From assembly GCF_009914755.1 (NCBI RefSeq), contig NC_060938.1: 64,000 bases of DNA; one strand, given 5' to 3'. Below, one piece after another: positions 60,401 to 64,000 of the stretch (the first letter of the stretch is position 1; the number at the start of each line of letters is the position of its first letter). The notes beneath the pieces were generated by a model. It was not told the DNA's origin, ran no database searches, and worked only from the letters and a program-made list of their open reading frames with translations. The stretch comes from the human T2T-CHM13v2.0 reference genome, Homo sapiens. The position numbers and the translations under genes were made by a program.

Positions 60401-63400
60401 TCATTCCATTCCAATCCCTTCCATTCCAAGGCTTTCTTTCGACAGGATCTCCCTCTGTCACACAGGCTGTAGTGCATTGGCACAGTCTCAGCACACATTT
60501 CTTGTCACCATTTCATTCCATTCCATTCCATTCCGTTCCATTCCATTCCATTCTATTACACTACATTCCATTCCACTGCAATCCATTCTACTCTACTCCA
60601 GTGCACTCCACTCCATTTCATTCCACTACATTCCATTCCACTCTTTTCCACTCCATTCCAATCTATTCCGTTCCATTCCTCTCCATTCCATTCCACTCCA
60701 CTCCACTCCATTCCACTCCTCTCCACTCCATTCCTCTCCACTCCACTCCATTCCACTTCACTCCATTCCATTTCATTCCATTCCACTCCATTCCATTCCC
60801 TTCCATTACATTCCATTTGGTTGCATTCCACTCCACTCCACCCTATTCCTCTCCATTCCACTCCACTCCACTCCATTCCATACCATTCTATTCCACTCCA
60901 TTCCATTCCTCTCCACCCTATTCCAATCCATTGCATTCCACTCCACTCCACTTTAATCCACTCCACTCCACTCCTCTCCATTCCATTCCATTCCATTCCA
61001 TTTCACTCCATTGTATTCCATTCCTTTCTTTCAACAGGATATCACTGTGTCACCCAGGCTGGAGTGCAGTGGCACAATCTCTGTTCACATTACATGTCAA
61101 CTTTCCATTTCACTGCATTCTATTCCATTGCATTCCATTGCTTTCCATTCCATTCCATTCCAGTCCATTCCATTCCACTCCACTCCATTCCATTCCATTC
61201 CATTCCACGCCACTCCACTCCACTCCACTCCATTCCATTCCATACCATTCCTTTCCTTTGTTTCCAAAGGATCTCACTGTCACAGAGGCTGAAGTGCAGT
61301 GGCACAATCTCAGTTCACATTTCTTTTCACCATTCCTTTGCATTCCATTCCATCCCATTCCATTCCTCTCTATTTCACTCCACTCCACTCCATTCCATTC
61401 CACTTCTTCCCATTCCATTCGACAAATTCCACTAAACTCCACTCCACTCCACTCCACTCAACTCCATTCCATTCCGTTCCATACCATTTCACTCCATTGC
61501 ATTCCATAGCTTCCTTTCCACAGGATATCACCATGTCACCCAGGGTGGAGTGCAGTGACACTATCTCAGCTCACATTACATGTCAACTTTCCATTGCTTT
61601 GCATTCAATTGCATTCCATTCCTTTCCATTCCATTCCATTCCATTCCATTCCATTCCATTCCACTCCGTTCGACTCCACTCCTCTCCACTCCTCTACATT
61701 CCATTACATCCAATTCCATTCCACTCTATTCCACTCGTCTCCACTCCACTGCACTCCACTCCACTCCATTCCACTCCATTCCACTCCATCCCATTCCATT
61801 CCGCTCCATTCGACTGCACTCCACTCCACCCCACTCTACTCCACTTCATTCCATTCCATTCCATCTCATTCCATTACTCTCCATTCCACTCCACTCCACT
61901 TCACTCCACTCCACTCCTCTCCAGTCCACTCCATTCCATTCCATTACACTGCATTCCATTCCTTTCTTTCGAGAGTATCTCACTCTGTCACCCAGCCTGG
62001 AGCGTGGTGGCACAGTCTCAGCTCACATTACATTTCACCATTCCATTCCATTCTCTTCCTTTCTATTCCACTCCACTCCACTCCAGTACGTTCCCCTCCA
62101 CTCCACTCCATTCCAGTCCATTCCAGTCCTTTCCATTCCATCCCATTCCATTCCACTTCTTTCCACTCCACTCCCCTCCATTCCACTCCAATCCATTCCA
62201 TTCCACTCCATTCCATTCCATTCCTTTCTTTTGACAGGATCTCACTCTATCAACCAGGCTGGTATGCAGTGGCACAATCTCAGCTCACATTTCATTTCAC
62301 TATTCCACTCCATTCCATTCCATTCCGCTGCACTCCACTCCACTCCAGTCAATTCCATTCCACTCCACTCCAATCAATTCCATTCCATTCCATTCCAATC
62401 CCTTCTATTCCACTCATTTCTTTCAACAGGGTCTCCCTGTGTCACACATTTCTTTTCACCATTTCATTCCAATCCACTCCAGTCCACTCCACTCCATTCC
62501 AATCCATGTCAATCCATTCCACTCCACTCCATTCCATTCCACTCTACTTCACTCCAGTCCACTCCACTCCATTCCAATCCATGTCAATCCATTCCACTCC
62601 ACTCCATTCCATTCCACTCTACTTCACTCCAGTCCACTCGTCTCCATTCCACTCCATTCCACTGCATTCCACTCCATGCCACTCCATTCCATTCCACGCC
62701 ACTCCATTCCACTCCACTGCATTCCACTGCATGACACTCCATTCCACTCCACTCCACTCCACTCCATTCCATTCCACTCTACTCCACTCCACTCCACTCA
62801 ATTCCATTTCACTCCACTCCACTCCATTCCTCTCCACTCCACTCCACTCCTCTCCATTCCACTCCACTGCATTCCATTCCACTCCATTCCATTCCATTCC
62901 TTTCTTTCCACAGGAACTCACTATGTCACAAAGGCTGGAGTGCAGTGGCACAGTCTCAGCTGACATTTCTTTTCACCATTCCATTGCATTCCATTCCATC
63001 CCATTCCATTCCACTCTATTTCACTCCACCCCACTCCACTCTATTCCGTTCCACTCCTTCCCTTTCCATTCCGCTCCACTCCACTCCACTCCATTCCACT
63101 CCGTTGCATTCCATTCATTTCTTTCAACAGGATATCACTGTGTTACCCTGGCTGCAGTGCAGTGGCACAATCTCAGCTCACGTTACATGTCATCTTTCCA
63201 TTGCGTTGCATTTTATTCCATTGCATTCCATTCCATTCCAGTCCTTTCCATTCTATTCCATTCCATTCAATTCCATTCCATTCCACTCTGTTCCATTCCA
63301 CTCCCCTGCACTGCACTACATTCCATTACACCCGATCCCATTCCACTCCATTCCAGCCCTCTCCACTCCACTGCACTCCACTCCACTCTATTCCAATCCG

Positions 63401-64000
63401 TCCCATTCCTTTCCGCTCCATACCACTGCACTCCACTCCACCCCACTCCACTCCTCTTCATTCCATTCCATTCCATCTTTTTCCATTCCTCTCGATTGCA
63501 CTCTACTCCACTTCACTCCACTCCACTCCACTCCAAACCATTCCATTCCATTCCACTGCATTCAATTCCATTCCTTTCTTTTGAGAGTATCTCACTCTGT
63601 CACCCAGCCTGGAGCGCAGTGGCAGAATCTCAGCTCACATTTCATTTCACCATTCCATTGCATTCTACTCCATTAAATTCCACTCCACTCCACTCCAATC
63701 CATTCCACTCCACTCCACCCCAGTCCAGTCCACTCCAGTCCTTTTCTTTCCATCCCATTCCATTCCACTCCTTTCTACTCCACTCCATTCCACTTCTCTC
63801 AACTCCATTACATTCCATTCCACTCCATTCCATTCCATTCCACTCCATTCCATTCCAGTACTTTCTTTTGACAGTATCTCACTCTGTCACCCAGGCTAGT
63901 GTGCAGTGGCACAATCTCAGCTCATAATTTCACCATTCCATTCCACTGCACTCCACTCCACTCCACTCCACTCAATTCCATACCACTCCACTCCAATCTA
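54481..64000 (+). repeat. HSat3 domain C: CATTC/CACTC satellite with ~27 Alu-derived cassettes, runs off the window
   Basis: Cassettes from 54902 to 63870 in the same orientation as domain A. Confidence 0.95.

Noticed and set aside
30862-63927. Long ORFs up to 813 aa ([10 protein letters not shown] repeats on +, MEWNG repeats on -)
   Set aside because: Pentamer repeats lack stop codons by composition and overlapping frames are all open. The [14 protein letters not shown] and LSPRLECSG motifs are translated Alu sequence. There is no evidence of coding function.
31093-63935. CRISPR-like repeat-spacer appearance
   Set aside because: This is primate DNA, the repeats are Alu-derived, the spacers are satellite of 120-600 bp rather than unique short sequences, and there are no cas genes.

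Overview
Hominid (most likely human) genomic DNA spanning a boundary between unique sequence and a satellite array. No host protein-coding gene can be supported. Bases 1-30,910 are AT-rich and transposon-laden. They contain a full-length but inactivated minus-strand L1PA3/4-type LINE-1 with an ORF0 remnant and several truncated L1s, one with a probable 3' transduction. They also contain four Alus, an SVA carrying a 107-bp 5' transduction, solo LTRs, DNA-transposon fossils and ancient MIR/L2/CR1 fragments. From about 30,910 to the end is Human Satellite 3 with (CATTC)n on the + strand, in three domains. Domains A (30.9-47.2 kb) and C (54.5-64 kb) are CATTC/CACTC satellite punctuated every ~190-680 bp by a ~70-bp cassette built on the antisense 3' end of an Alu (about 69 copies by my manual count). 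Domain B (47.2-54.5 kb) is cassette-free and TCGA-rich. The cassette variants recur in fixed orders and act as barcodes for at least three higher-order repeat cycles (~1.4, ~1.5-2.0 and ~2.05 kb). The long 'IPFHS' and 'MEWNG' ORFs are satellite artefacts. Family assignments come from recalled consensus sequences, not from database searches.
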